In this document: positions 29,480 through 38,283 of the stretch, piece by piece | Numbering within the stretch: the first letter of the stretch is position 1 | How the letters are laid out: the number at the start of each line of letters is the position of its first letter | Assembly: GCA_910588615.1 (NCBI GenBank) | Contig: CAJUOI010000003.1 | Location: 15,057 to 79,056, forward strand | Source: an uncultured Christensenellaceae bacterium | GTDB lineage: Bacteria > Bacillota > Clostridia > Christensenellales > Borkfalkiaceae | Length of the DNA: 64,000 bases | Direction: 5' to 3' | Position numbers and translations under genes: made by a program | The notes under the pieces: model-generated | What the model was told of the DNA's origin: nothing | The model's database searches: none | What the model saw: the letters and a program-made list of their open reading frames with translations, nothing else

Positions 29480-30106
29480 TTATTCTCTGTTTTTCGGATC
29501 GTAAGTAATTTCTCCGTTGCGTTCGCAATAGCCCCAGATCGTGCAGCACCGCGCGATCTCCCAACCGTCGTCCGCCGATACGTCGAAATCCGCATCCCAC
29601 CCGTGCGGCTTTTCCCGTGCCTCCGAAAAGATCGTTTTAAATCCGCCGCCCGCAAGCACCTCTTTGCCGACGCGCTCCACGCCGAGCGGAAAATACAGGC
29701 AGAGCAAACTGTCGCACTCGCCGAACGCCGACGCGCCGATTGCTTTCAGCGTGCGCGGCAGGTATGCTCTCGAAAGGTTTTTGCAGAATTTAAACGCACC
29801 CGTGCCGATTTTTTCCAGTCCTTCCGAAAACGCCGCCTCCTTCAACGCGGCGCACCCGAGAAAGGCGCCTTTGCCGACACTCTTTACACTCGGCGGAAAG
29901 AACACGCGCTCCAAGCGGACGCAGCCCGCGAACGCCCAATCGAGAATGCATTCCACGCCTTCCGGAATCTCGATTTCCCGCAATTCCTTCTTTCGGTAAA
30001 ACGCATTATAGCCAACGGCGCGAACGCCGTCGGGAATTTTTACGCGCGCGGCGCTTCCGCAATACTCGGTCAATACGCCGTCCGTTATTTTAAAATCGTC
30101 CGTCAT
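29480..30106 (-). CDS. BspA-like leucine-rich-repeat (LRR_5-type) protein
   Basis: Repeated I/LP.GV..IG..AF..C..L motifs, for example IPDGVRAVGYNAFYRKKELREIEIPEGVECILDWAFAGCVRLE. Confidence 0.75.
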   Translation of the reverse strand: MTDDFKITDGVLTEYCGSAARVKIPDGVRAVGYNAFYRKKELREIEIPEGVECILDWAFAGCVRLERVFFPPSVKSVGKGAFLGCAALKEAAFSEGLEKIGTGAFKFCKNLSRAYLPRTLKAIGASAFGECDSLLCLYFPLGVERVGKEVLAGGGFKTIFSEAREKPHGWDADFDVSADDGWEIARCCTIWGYCERNGEITYDPKNRE

Positions 30107-30161
30107 GTCTCATTCGTAAAATCCCCGCGCTTAAAGCGCGGGGAAATCAATTATATTAGTA

Positions 30162-31601
30162 TCAGTCGAATAACGTAAACTGCGAGCTTTCCGAATATAC
30201 GACCTTCTCCGTTACGAGTTCGTCGCCGCGCGACACCGTGATTTCCAGAGTATCGCCGAGGCGCATATTGAACAATATGGAATAAATCTGATGTCTTCTC
30301 GTAATCACCTTGTTCACGCGCTCGTTGTCGTTATGCGACGTAACCTTAACGGAATAGAACACGTCTCCCGCCTTTAACGCGCTTGCCGCCGCGCCCGACT
30401 GCACGCCCTGCACGGTAACCGTTTCCATAATATACGTTTTTTGCGCCGTAGCATCGTACACGCTGGAACTGTCCGCCGTCATGACGGTAATGCCGAGCGT
30501 TGCGCGCAACGCACCCCTGCTGCCGCTCGGTGCATTGTCGATGATATTCTGCGCAATCGAAAGAGCAAGATTGGCGGGGATCGCGTATCCGAACGCCGTA
30601 ACTCCCGTCTCCTCCGAGCGCGCGTTTACGATTCCGACAAGCTTTCCGTCCTTATCGAACAGCCCGCCGCCCGAATTGCCGTGATTGATCGCCGCGTCGA
30701 TGCGCATTTCCAAAAGGGATAAGTTCTTCTTTTCGTCGGAGGATTTGATGTCGATGTACTCCGCGTCCACGGAAACGACGCCCGACGTTACGGACATGCC
30801 CTCCCCCTTGGGATTGCCGATCGCGTACACCCTCTGCCCGACGGAGATCGCATCGCTGTCTGCCGCGGAGATCGCGCGGGCGGAGCTCTTTTTCAGAACG
30901 TCTCCGTTCTCGTGTGTAAAGCGCGTGCCTGAAGAATCGACGATGTTCACCGTCTTGTCCCCGTCGATGAACAGCACCGCGATATCGTAATCCATCGCGC
31001 CGCCGACGTACGACGCCGCCATCGCCTCCGCCGCAGTCTCTCCGCCGTAGAGATACACGAGAATGTTGTCGCTGATATGCTCGATTTCCTCTCTGCCCGT
31101 GCTCTTTGCGTCGTAAATCACGTGGTAGTTGGTTACGATATAAGCGTCCCACGAGTTTTTATCAAGCGAATACACCACGCCCGCGCCTGCATAAACCGCC
31201 GACTCCGTGCGCCGCGTGCTCGTATTGTAAACGCTAAACTCGCTCGTAATGCTTACGGCGGAGGTTACCGCTGCGGCAACCGAAGACGCGTCGTCCGTCG
31301 CCGTGCTCCAATTCAGTTCCTTTAAAAAGTCGAGGAATGTGCCTTGATAGCCGTCCGCCCTTGCTTCCTCGTACATACGGCGCGCTTCCGAATCGGACGA
31401 AACCGCCCCCGAAAGCCATTCGCCGACGTTCCCGCCGTAGCCCAGATCCGTTGCCACCTCGTAGGGATTTTTCTTTCCGCCGTCTACGTTTCCTTTTCCG
31501 CCCGAAACCGACGAAAACCAATCGCAGCTGCAAAACGAAAGGCTGACAAGCCCCGCAAGCGCCGCAGATAACGTAATAGCCAATGCTTTTTTTGCTTTCA
31601 T
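30162..31601 (-). CDS. Trypsin-like S1C (HtrA/DegP-related) serine protease, lipoprotein
   Basis: TNYHVI (His), NHGNSGGGLFDKDGKLVGIVNA (Ser block), a C-terminal PDZ-like region, and an N-terminal LSFCSC lipobox. Confidence 0.85.
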   Translation of the reverse strand: MKAKKALAITLSAALAGLVSLSFCSCDWFSSVSGGKGNVDGGKKNPYEVATDLGYGGNVGEWLSGAVSSDSEARRMYEEARADGYQGTFLDFLKELNWSTATDDASSVAAAVTSAVSITSEFSVYNTSTRRTESAVYAGAGVVYSLDKNSWDAYIVTNYHVIYDAKSTGREEIEHISDNILVYLYGGETAAEAMAASYVGGAMDYDIAVLFIDGDKTVNIVDSSGTRFTHENGDVLKKSSARAISAADSDAISVGQRVYAIGNPKGEGMSVTSGVVSVDAEYIDIKSSDEKKNLSLLEMRIDAAINHGNSGGGLFDKDGKLVGIVNARSEETGVTAFGYAIPANLALSIAQNIIDNAPSGSRGALRATLGITVMTADSSSVYDATAQKTYIMETVTVQGVQSGAAASALKAGDVFYSVKVTSHNDNERVNKVITRRHQIYSILFNMRLGDTLEITVSRGDELVTEKVVYSESSQFTLFD

Positions 31602-31663
31602 AGTATACCTCCACCAAGATATAATACGGCTATATTATACCACACAACCACCCGAATTACAAC

Positions 31664-31699
31664 AAAATAAGACGGAAATTTTCATTTCCGTCTTATTTT
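31664..31699 (-). terminator. Strong bidirectional terminator ending the rbr/micro-ORF unit
   Basis: Perfect 16-bp stem AAAATAAGACGGAAAT/ATTTCCGTCTTATTTT with a 4-nt loop. Confidence 0.8.
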
Positions 31700-31701
31700 G
31701 C

Positions 31702-31830
31702 TTATAAATCATCTGCGTCCTGAACGGGTTTTTCCCATTCATCCTCGGCGTATACACCCGTATAACTACCGAGCGCGTCCTCGTCCGAGCGCATCTTCGC
31801 GCCGTGTTCGAGCTTTTTCTTGGCGCTCAC
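31702..31830 (-). CDS. Candidate micro-ORF (42 aa from GTG, or 30 aa from ATG 31794), acidic
   Basis: Not in the track (below 60 aa). (V/M)SAKKKLEHGAKMRSDEDALGSYTGVYAEDEWEKPVQDADDL, with AAGGA 6 nt upstream of the GTG. It lies between micro-ORF 1 and the terminator. Confidence 0.35.
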   Translation of the reverse strand: MSAKKKLEHGAKMRSDEDALGSYTGVYAEDEWEKPVQDADDL

Positions 31831-31832
31831 GG

Positions 31833-31952
31833 TTAGTCCTTCGTACCGTTGCACTTGCCGCCGCAATTCTTGTTGCCCGAAGCCTTCGTAGAATTTTTCG
31901 TGCTGTTCGTGCTCTTGGAATTTACGTTCGTCTTGTTGTTGGTCTTTTTCAT
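31833..31952 (-). CDS. Candidate micro-ORF (39 aa), N/K/S/T-rich with a CGGKC motif
   Basis: MKKTNNKTNVNSKSTNSTKNSTKASGNKNCGGKCNGTKD. The ATG overlaps the rbr stop (ATGA), with AAGGAG 7 nt upstream. Confidence 0.4.
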   Translation of the reverse strand: MKKTNNKTNVNSKSTNSTKNSTKASGNKNCGGKCNGTKD

Positions 31953-32542
31953 ATATTCTCCTTTTTGAAAGGAAGATGAAGCTCCACGTCCCCTTGCGGC
32001 GCACCGCAGAGCGGGCAGACTTTCCAAGCAGACTTACTCGTGTGCATATAACCGCACTCGCTGCAAATCCACAGCATAGGACGCTCCGCGTTGAAGAGAG
32101 AGCCGTTCTCAAACGCCTCGTGCAGGTACTCGAAAATAATTCTGTGATTATCCTCTACCACCGCAACCTGTTCGAATTTGAGCGCGATTTGCTCAAACCC
32201 CTCTTCCCTTGCGGTCTTTGCGAAGCCGGAATAGATGACGTCGTGTTCTTCCCGCTCGTCCTCCGCCGCGAATTTTAAATTTTCGGATAGCGTTCCTGCG
32301 TGAAAGGGATATCCCGCGTCAATGCGGATATTTTCCTTGCTTCCCGCCGTCTGAATGGCCTCGAAGAAAACTCTTGCGTGATTCGTTTCGTTCTTGGCAA
32401 TGGTGCGGATCGTGTCCGCCAGCGTAACGAAACCCTCTTTCGTGGCCTGCCGAGCGATCAGCTGATAGCGCATTCCCGCCTGACATTCTCCTGCAAACGA
32501 CCGTGCAAGATTGATAAAAGTCTGCGATTTTTGAAACTCCAT
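31949..32542 (-). CDS. rbr: Rubrerythrin
   Basis: Ferritin-like diiron domain (ECQAGMRY, ETNHA, EEREH, EDNH) plus a C-terminal rubredoxin-like CSECG..CPLCG. ATG 32542 follows GGAAGGTGAGG. Confidence 0.9.
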   Translation of the reverse strand: MEFQKSQTFINLARSFAGECQAGMRYQLIARQATKEGFVTLADTIRTIAKNETNHARVFFEAIQTAGSKENIRIDAGYPFHAGTLSENLKFAAEDEREEHDVIYSGFAKTAREEGFEQIALKFEQVAVVEDNHRIIFEYLHEAFENGSLFNAERPMLWICSECGYMHTSKSAWKVCPLCGAPQGDVELHLPFKKENI

Positions 32543-32591
32543 GTTCCTCACCTTCCTTTACGCTACTTATTTTGACCGCTTTGCGCAAAGG

Positions 32592-32876
32592 TTATACGCC
32601 GTACAAAGAGGAAATTTTTTGCAACTGCGCGTAAAATTTAAAAATTCTTCGCTTCACTTCGTTCCGCCCTGAATGACAGACGCGGACAATCGCGCACCAC
32701 GCGAAGAGCGGCACCCAAATTCGGAGAAGCCGTTTTACGAAGGAGCCTCCCTTTTCCCGCAATAGAAGCCGGACGCCGAGCGCATAGAACACCGCGCCGA
32801 ACGGAAAAACGATTGCGGGCAGCCTCTTCCCGATAAAGTCTTTCTCCGTTTGGATATGCTTCTTTTTCTTGCTCAT
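32592..32876 (-). CDS. Possible small membrane protein
   Basis: 94-aa ORF with two hydrophobic segments. Weak support only. Confidence 0.3.
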   Translation of the reverse strand: MSKKKKHIQTEKDFIGKRLPAIVFPFGAVFYALGVRLLLREKGGSFVKRLLRIWVPLFAWCAIVRVCHSGRNEVKRRIFKFYAQLQKISSLYGV

Positions 32877-32885
32877 GACAGGCTT

Positions 32886-34520
32886 TCAAACACCGCGTCG
32901 GATCGATTCCTCTTTTGGCTCTTCCTCGATCCGCGAGCCGACGATGGACACCATCGTTTCGTAAAACTCGTTTTTGTCTGTCGTTTCGGCGCGGACGGTG
33001 ATCAAGTCTCCTTCTTCCAGAAGCGTGTTGCCTTCGGGCATCACCTTTTCCTCCCCGCGTTCGACGAGCGTAACGATCACCCCGCTCGGCCAGAGCACGT
33101 CGCGGATACGCTTGCCCGCCGCCGTACCGCGGGCGGATGCCTGAAAACGCTCCGTAAGCCGCAATACGGGGTGAAGTTTGCGCTCTTCCTCCATAACGCC
33201 ATCGAGCAGCTTGTCGTAAAGTGGCGCGGTGCGGAAAATCGAACCCGTCAGATACCCCACCGCAATGCCTAAAATGACGGGCAGTAAAAACGTAAAGCTC
33301 CAAGTGAGCTCGCTCACCATAACGATGCCCGTGATCGGCGCCTTGACGACGGTCGTAAAGAAGGTAGCCATACAGATAATGATCAGCGCGTCGGAATAGG
33401 CGGAATCCATGCCGATTTTCAAACAGACGAAGTTCAGAAGCGCGCCCATGCCCGCCCCGACGGAAAGCATGGGAATAAACGCCCCGCAAGGAATTCCCGC
33501 CCCCGTATTGACGGCAGTGAACGCGATTTTAAAAACAACAATAAGCAGCACGACCGCCCAGACGGGCATCCCGTACGGGCTTTCAAACGAGCCGCCGCTG
33601 CCGAGCGCCTCGATAAAATGATGACCGCCGCCCATAACGTACGCCAGAAACAGCCCGCACGCCCCTGCAAGCAGAAAGGGGATCACGGGCTTGAAGAGCC
33701 CCTTTTGAAAGTTGAGTCTGTCGAAGAGCTTTTTCGATAAAAAAATCAGATAATAGAACGCCACCCCGACGAGCGCCACGATAACGGAGCAGACGAGAAC
33801 GATTGCGAGAAACTTCAAATCGAAGGGCGACGTGCCTGCAAAGGAATAATTCTGAAAGAAAGGCGTCAAGGGGAAGCCGAGCAGCGGGCGCAGCACGTTG
33901 CGCACGATGAGCGCCACCACGACGGACGAAAACGAACAGATGAATACTTCGGGCGTAAAGCGCTTGTGCGCTTCCTCGAAGGCGAACGCCATGCCCGTCA
34001 GGGGCGCGTTGAAGGCAACCGCAATTCCCGCGCACGCGCCGCTCGTGATGTGGTAACGTCGCATGACCGCCTTGCAACGAAACAAATCGCTCATGCCCGA
34101 ACCGCACGCGCCGCCGAGCATGATGCTGGGGCCTTCCGCCCCCGCCGAAAGCCCCATGAATATGGTAAACAGGCTTGCGGCGAACATTCCCGTAAGCACC
34201 TGATACCACTTAAAACGCAGCAGACCGCGCGTTGCGCCCTCCGTCTGCGGAATACCGCTTCCCCTGACGACGGGCAGAAAGCGCGTAACTCCGCCCACGA
34301 TGATCGCGCCGAGAAAGAGCGCAACGAACAGGAGCGGAATAAACGCGGGATGCGTACGGAAAAAACCGTAGTAGCAGCGCGCAAACTTTTCCGCGTACGA
34401 CGTGGCGATATTATACAGCGTAACCACGATTCCGACGAACAACCCCGTAATTGCGCCCACGCCCGTAATTTGTATTCCGATCCGCGCTTTTTTGCCGAAC
34501 CGTTTCATCATATCTTTCAT
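32886..34520 (-). CDS. ClC-family chloride channel / H+-Cl- antiporter with a C-terminal TrkA-C-like domain
   Basis: GSGIPQ, GAEGP and GIPCGAFIP selectivity motifs. The start is set at the ATG (MKDMMKRF) below the upstream terminator; the track start is a GTG inside that hairpin. Confidence 0.85.
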   Translation of the reverse strand: MKDMMKRFGKKARIGIQITGVGAITGLFVGIVVTLYNIATSYAEKFARCYYGFFRTHPAFIPLLFVALFLGAIIVGGVTRFLPVVRGSGIPQTEGATRGLLRFKWYQVLTGMFAASLFTIFMGLSAGAEGPSIMLGGACGSGMSDLFRCKAVMRRYHITSGACAGIAVAFNAPLTGMAFAFEEAHKRFTPEVFICSFSSVVVALIVRNVLRPLLGFPLTPFFQNYSFAGTSPFDLKFLAIVLVCSVIVALVGVAFYYLIFLSKKLFDRLNFQKGLFKPVIPFLLAGACGLFLAYVMGGGHHFIEALGSGGSFESPYGMPVWAVVLLIVVFKIAFTAVNTGAGIPCGAFIPMLSVGAGMGALLNFVCLKIGMDSAYSDALIIICMATFFTTVVKAPITGIVMVSELTWSFTFLLPVILGIAVGYLTGSIFRTAPLYDKLLDGVMEEERKLHPVLRLTERFQASARGTAAGKRIRDVLWPSGVIVTLVERGEEKVMPEGNTLLEEGDLITVRAETTDKNEFYETMVSIVGSRIEEEPKEESIRRGV

Positions 34521-34545
34521 TCTGATTATTTTATCACAAACACTT

Positions 34546-34590
34546 AAAAAAAGAAAGGATTTCACCCGTTGAAACGGGTGAAATCTTTTT
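34546..34590 (-). terminator. Bidirectional terminator after the alpha-galactosidase gene
   Basis: Perfect 12-bp stem GATTTCACCCGT/ACGGGTGAAATC flanked by T-runs on both strands. Confidence 0.75.
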
Positions 34591-34616
34591 TAACGTTTTA
34601 TTACGTTGTTAAATTT

Positions 34617-36779
34617 TTAACGCACTTGCTTCAAATGCCACGCCCAGCTGCCGAAATCGGGCAGGCGCGGAAGCAACAGTCCCGCGTTCATCAACGCTTT
34701 GCCGCTCGCCGTAATTTTCAGCTCTTCGATTTCGTAGAGTCCGTCCGCATCCAGTCCGCGCAGATAAAGATATTGGTTATAGTCGCAGGGATTTCCGTGC
34801 GTGCGCTCGCCCACGACGTACGCCTCGCTCTTGTCCTTACTCACCACGCTCATACAGAAATAATCGCCCTCGAGCGGGTTTTTCAAGCGGTACAGATCGC
34901 CCTTTAAAACGAGCTCCGCCGTCCTCCGGTACGCTTCCACCTGCAACTTTGCCAGCGCCTTCTCCTCATCCGTCATTTTCGAAAGATCGAGCTCGTAGCC
35001 GAACGCGCCGAGGCTTGCGATATTCCCGCGCGTTTGAAAGGGCGTCGTCCTCTGCGTCTGATGGTTGGGACAGACGGACACGTGGCAGCTCATCGCCGAA
35101 AGCGGATAGCAGACGGAAGTCCCCCACTGAATTTTCGCGCGCTCGTAGCCGTCGGTGTCGTCGCTCGTCCAGATTTGCGGGAAGTAGTACAGCATTCCCG
35201 CGTCGAACCGTCCGCCGCCGCCCGCGCAGCCCTCGAAAATCACGTTCGGGAACGCACCCGTCAGCCGCTCCGCCAAATCGTATACGCCCAGTATGTAGCG
35301 GTGCATAAACTCACCCTGTCGCTCGGCGGGCAGAGCCGCCGTAAAGCACTCTGTAATATTTCTGTTCATATCCCACTTGACGTAGGAAATATCGTTTTCC
35401 TTTAAAACCTTGCCGACCGTCCCGAACACGTAGTCCACGACCTCTTTCCGCGTGAAATCCAACACGAGCTGGTTGCGGCAACGGCAGGGCTCCACGCCCT
35501 CCTTGCATATCGCCCAGTCGGGATGCGCGCGGAATAAATCGCTGTCCTCGTTCACCATTTCGGGCTCAAACCAAAGCCCGAACTTCATGCCGTTCTTTTT
35601 ACAGCGGTCGATCACCGTTTTTAAGCCGCCCTTTAAAACGTCTTCGTTTACGAACCAATCGCCCAAGCCCGCGCGGTCGTTCCTGCGCGCACCGAACCAG
35701 CCGTCGTCCAGAACGAAGGTATCGATGCCGAGCTTTGCGGCTTCGTCGATGATGGGGAAGAGTTTCTCGTTGTCGAACCCGAAATAGGTCGCTTCCCAAT
35801 TGTTTACCACGATCGGACGCTGCCTGTAAACGTAGGCAGGATCGATCATCTTCTCCCTTAAAAAGTCGTGAATGCTGCGCGACATCCCGCCCAAACCTTC
35901 GTACGAATAGGTGAGTAGCGTCTGCGGCGTTACGAACGTTTCGCCGCCGTTCAATTGCCAACCGAATCCCACGTCGTTGATTCCGCCCTGCAAGGTCAGG
36001 GGTCCGTTCTTGCACCACTCCGCCGTCAGCGCGAACGCGCCGCTGTATACGAGCTGCACCCCGTAGCATTCGCCCCGTTCCTCCGTGCACCCCTCGGTCA
36101 AAATGCCCATAAAGGGATTCGTGTTGTGCGAAGACGCCCCGCGCAAAGTATGTAACCGCGTAACGCCGTGAGCGATCGGAGCGATTTCCGGAATACGCTC
36201 CTGCGCCCAAGTTCCCGCAAGACGCATCATGCGGTAGCTGCCGTTGGGCAGCTCCGCGCGGAAGGAGAACGCCTTTTTCAGCATAACGGCTTCTCTGCCC
36301 GTATTGCGGACGACCGCGTTTCTGACCAACACGTCCGAATCGTCGCTTGCAGTATAGTACAGATCAACCTCGATCTCCGAAAAGTCGTCTTTCAGCGTGA
36401 TAATCAGCGTTTCGCCGCCGCTGCGCGCGTGCGGCATTCCCGCGACTGCGGGCGCTCCCTTCTGCGTGCGGTAAGCGCGGTAGCGAAGCCTGGTCATGCT
36501 TGCGCCGTCCCGCCGTTCGAAAATCGCCGTCGGCTCTTTGTAATCGCCGCGGGCGTAAAAGCCGTATTCCCCGAGCATGGAGTCGAACGCCATATCGGCG
36601 TTGAAATCGTCTTTATGCGGCGCAACCGTAGCGCCGATCGCAAACAGGTAATCCAGATCCCGTTCCGTGATCTTTCCGCCGTAATGCAGGTGTTGCAAAA
36701 AGCCCGTTTCCGTTACCGCCATGGCGTAACCGTAACTCTTTCCGCTCAACAAAAAACGCTTTCCGTCCGCAAGTATCAT
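34617..36779 (-). CDS. Alpha-galactosidase, GH36
   Basis: DDGWFGARRNDRAGLGDW, KFGLWFEPEMV, KWDMNR and CAGGGGRFD motifs. ATG 36779 is preceded by AAGGAG. Confidence 0.9.
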   Translation of the reverse strand: MILADGKRFLLSGKSYGYAMAVTETGFLQHLHYGGKITERDLDYLFAIGATVAPHKDDFNADMAFDSMLGEYGFYARGDYKEPTAIFERRDGASMTRLRYRAYRTQKGAPAVAGMPHARSGGETLIITLKDDFSEIEVDLYYTASDDSDVLVRNAVVRNTGREAVMLKKAFSFRAELPNGSYRMMRLAGTWAQERIPEIAPIAHGVTRLHTLRGASSHNTNPFMGILTEGCTEERGECYGVQLVYSGAFALTAEWCKNGPLTLQGGINDVGFGWQLNGGETFVTPQTLLTYSYEGLGGMSRSIHDFLREKMIDPAYVYRQRPIVVNNWEATYFGFDNEKLFPIIDEAAKLGIDTFVLDDGWFGARRNDRAGLGDWFVNEDVLKGGLKTVIDRCKKNGMKFGLWFEPEMVNEDSDLFRAHPDWAICKEGVEPCRCRNQLVLDFTRKEVVDYVFGTVGKVLKENDISYVKWDMNRNITECFTAALPAERQGEFMHRYILGVYDLAERLTGAFPNVIFEGCAGGGGRFDAGMLYYFPQIWTSDDTDGYERAKIQWGTSVCYPLSAMSCHVSVCPNHQTQRTTPFQTRGNIASLGAFGYELDLSKMTDEEKALAKLQVEAYRRTAELVLKGDLYRLKNPLEGDYFCMSVVSKDKSEAYVVGERTHGNPCDYNQYLYLRGLDADGLYEIEELKITASGKALMNAGLLLPRLPDFGSWAWHLKQVR

Positions 36780-36877
36780 GCTTCGACTCCTTAACAAAGA
36801 TGATTTTTTTCATTATATACTAAAACGCGCCTTCTGTCAATGTAAAATAAAACCCCTTACGGGGTTCTCGGAATAAA

Positions 36878-37759
36878 TTATTTCTGATTGAATTTCCGCA
36901 TCGTCATGCGGTCGACGAAGCGTTCGGGCAGGAGCTTGTTGACGAAGCGCAGAAAGCCGTTTTTCCCGCCCGCCGTAACCACGGGCGAAGGATTCCTTTT
37001 CTCGGCAAGCCTTACGATCGCGGCGGCAACAAGCGAGACATTCATGCCCCCCTGTTCCATGTTCGCAAGCGCTGCGGAAGCCTTTTTCACCGCTCCCGCG
37101 TACTCCGACGCCTCCTCTCTGCCGTAGATGCGGCGGTTATAGGTAAAGTCCGTCGCAGTGCCTCCGGGAAGCAGCGCGCTCACCCGTACGCCGCGGGTTC
37201 GAAGCTCCATATCCGCTTCGCGCGCCAGCATACTCAAAGCCGCCTTCGAGGAAGAATAAAACCCGTCGTAGGGAATGGGAATATCCCCGCCGAGCGATCC
37301 TACGAGCACCGCTCTGCCGCCCCGTTTTTTCAGGTAGGGAACGGCGGCGCGCAACGCCTCGATCGCGCCGAAATAGTTGACCTCGAAAAGGTAGCGATAA
37401 TCGCCGCTCTTGGCGTTTTCCACGGGCGCAGCCATGGAAAAACCCGCGGAGTAAATAAGAAGATCGAGTCCGTGCTCCTCTGCGACGGCGCGGATCGCGC
37501 GCGTAAGTTCGCCCTCCTGCGCGGCGTCCGCCGTAACCGATTTTACCCGTTCGCCCGTGAGCGCGGTGCGCGACACGTTGACGACGTGCCAACCCTTCGA
37601 TGCGAGCATCAACGCAGTTTCCCGCCCGATTCCGGACGACCCGCCCACGACGATCGCCGTACGCCGCGGCACGCTTCTCTCCACCGTCTTTTCTACCGTT
37701 TTTTCCACCGTTTTCGTTTCTTTGAGTTCCATAAATTTAAGAATAGCCGACTTTCGCAA
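36878..37759 (-). CDS. Short-chain dehydrogenase/reductase (SDR) family oxidoreductase
   Basis: VVGGSSGIGRE (TGxxxGxG-like) and YSSSK (YxxxK). The start is uncertain (TTG 37759 or ATG 37732). Confidence 0.8.
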   Translation of the reverse strand: MRKSAILKFMELKETKTVEKTVEKTVERSVPRRTAIVVGGSSGIGRETALMLASKGWHVVNVSRTALTGERVKSVTADAAQEGELTRAIRAVAEEHGLDLLIYSAGFSMAAPVENAKSGDYRYLFEVNYFGAIEALRAAVPYLKKRGGRAVLVGSLGGDIPIPYDGFYSSSKAALSMLAREADMELRTRGVRVSALLPGGTATDFTYNRRIYGREEASEYAGAVKKASAALANMEQGGMNVSLVAAAIVRLAEKRNPSPVVTAGGKNGFLRFVNKLLPERFVDRMTMRKFNQK

Positions 37760-37770
37760 AAAATATACGC

Positions 37771-37802
37771 TAAAAAATAAGCCGACGAAACCGTCGGCTT
37801 AT
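37771..37802 (-). terminator. Hairpin terminator upstream of the SDR gene
   Basis: 11-bp stem ATAAGCCGACG/CGTCGGCTTAT, followed on the minus strand by TTTTT. Confidence 0.6.
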
Positions 37803-38230
37803 TCGTGTCGATCTGTTTGAATTTTTACGCAATCGGCGGCGTATCGGGCGGGTAAACGGGCGGATTCACGGGAAAATTCGGTTCGATTCCCGATCCCCCG
37901 GTCATCGTTGCTTTTCCTCGTCCAATTCTCCAAATCCGTAACAGAAACCGTTGACGGTTGATCCACCCCGTCATTTCACCGTAAAAGAGCCAAACACCGA
38001 ACCCGCAAATGCATACGGCGAAAATTCTAAAATCGCATAATAAGTATTAGATTATTCTTCGAGATACGAACAAAGAAAATCGACATCCAACCCGATATAA
38101 TCCAGCCCTTGACCGACAATTACAGAATAACCGACACTTCCATCCCGTTCAATCTGTTCACACCCCGCGTCATTTCCGTAAATTACAACATTGGCATCAT
38201 TTTTCCAATTGCTGAATAAAAACGCCCAAA

Positions 38231-38265
38231 ACGTAAAAGCAGTCCCGTCTTTAAAAACGGGACTG
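38231..38265 (-). terminator. Terminator of glnN
   Basis: 9-bp stem CAGTCCCGT/ACGGGACTG located 19 nt after the stop, followed on the minus strand by CTTTT. Confidence 0.6.
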
Positions 38266-38283
38266 TCGATAAACGCAATAGCG

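Noticed and set aside
26923-29480. att-site duplication of the tRNA-Gly 3' end (and likewise of tRNA-Ala at 42790-44450) that would prove integrase-mediated insertion.
   Set aside because: I found no convincing partial tRNA copy at the distal border of either islet, and no integrase gene is present.
32638-33489. 283-aa and 208-aa (33583..34209) minus-strand ORFs in alternative frames of the ClC gene.
   Set aside because: They are Arg/Gly-rich out-of-frame products. The ClC frame carries the GSGIPQ and GAEGP motifs.
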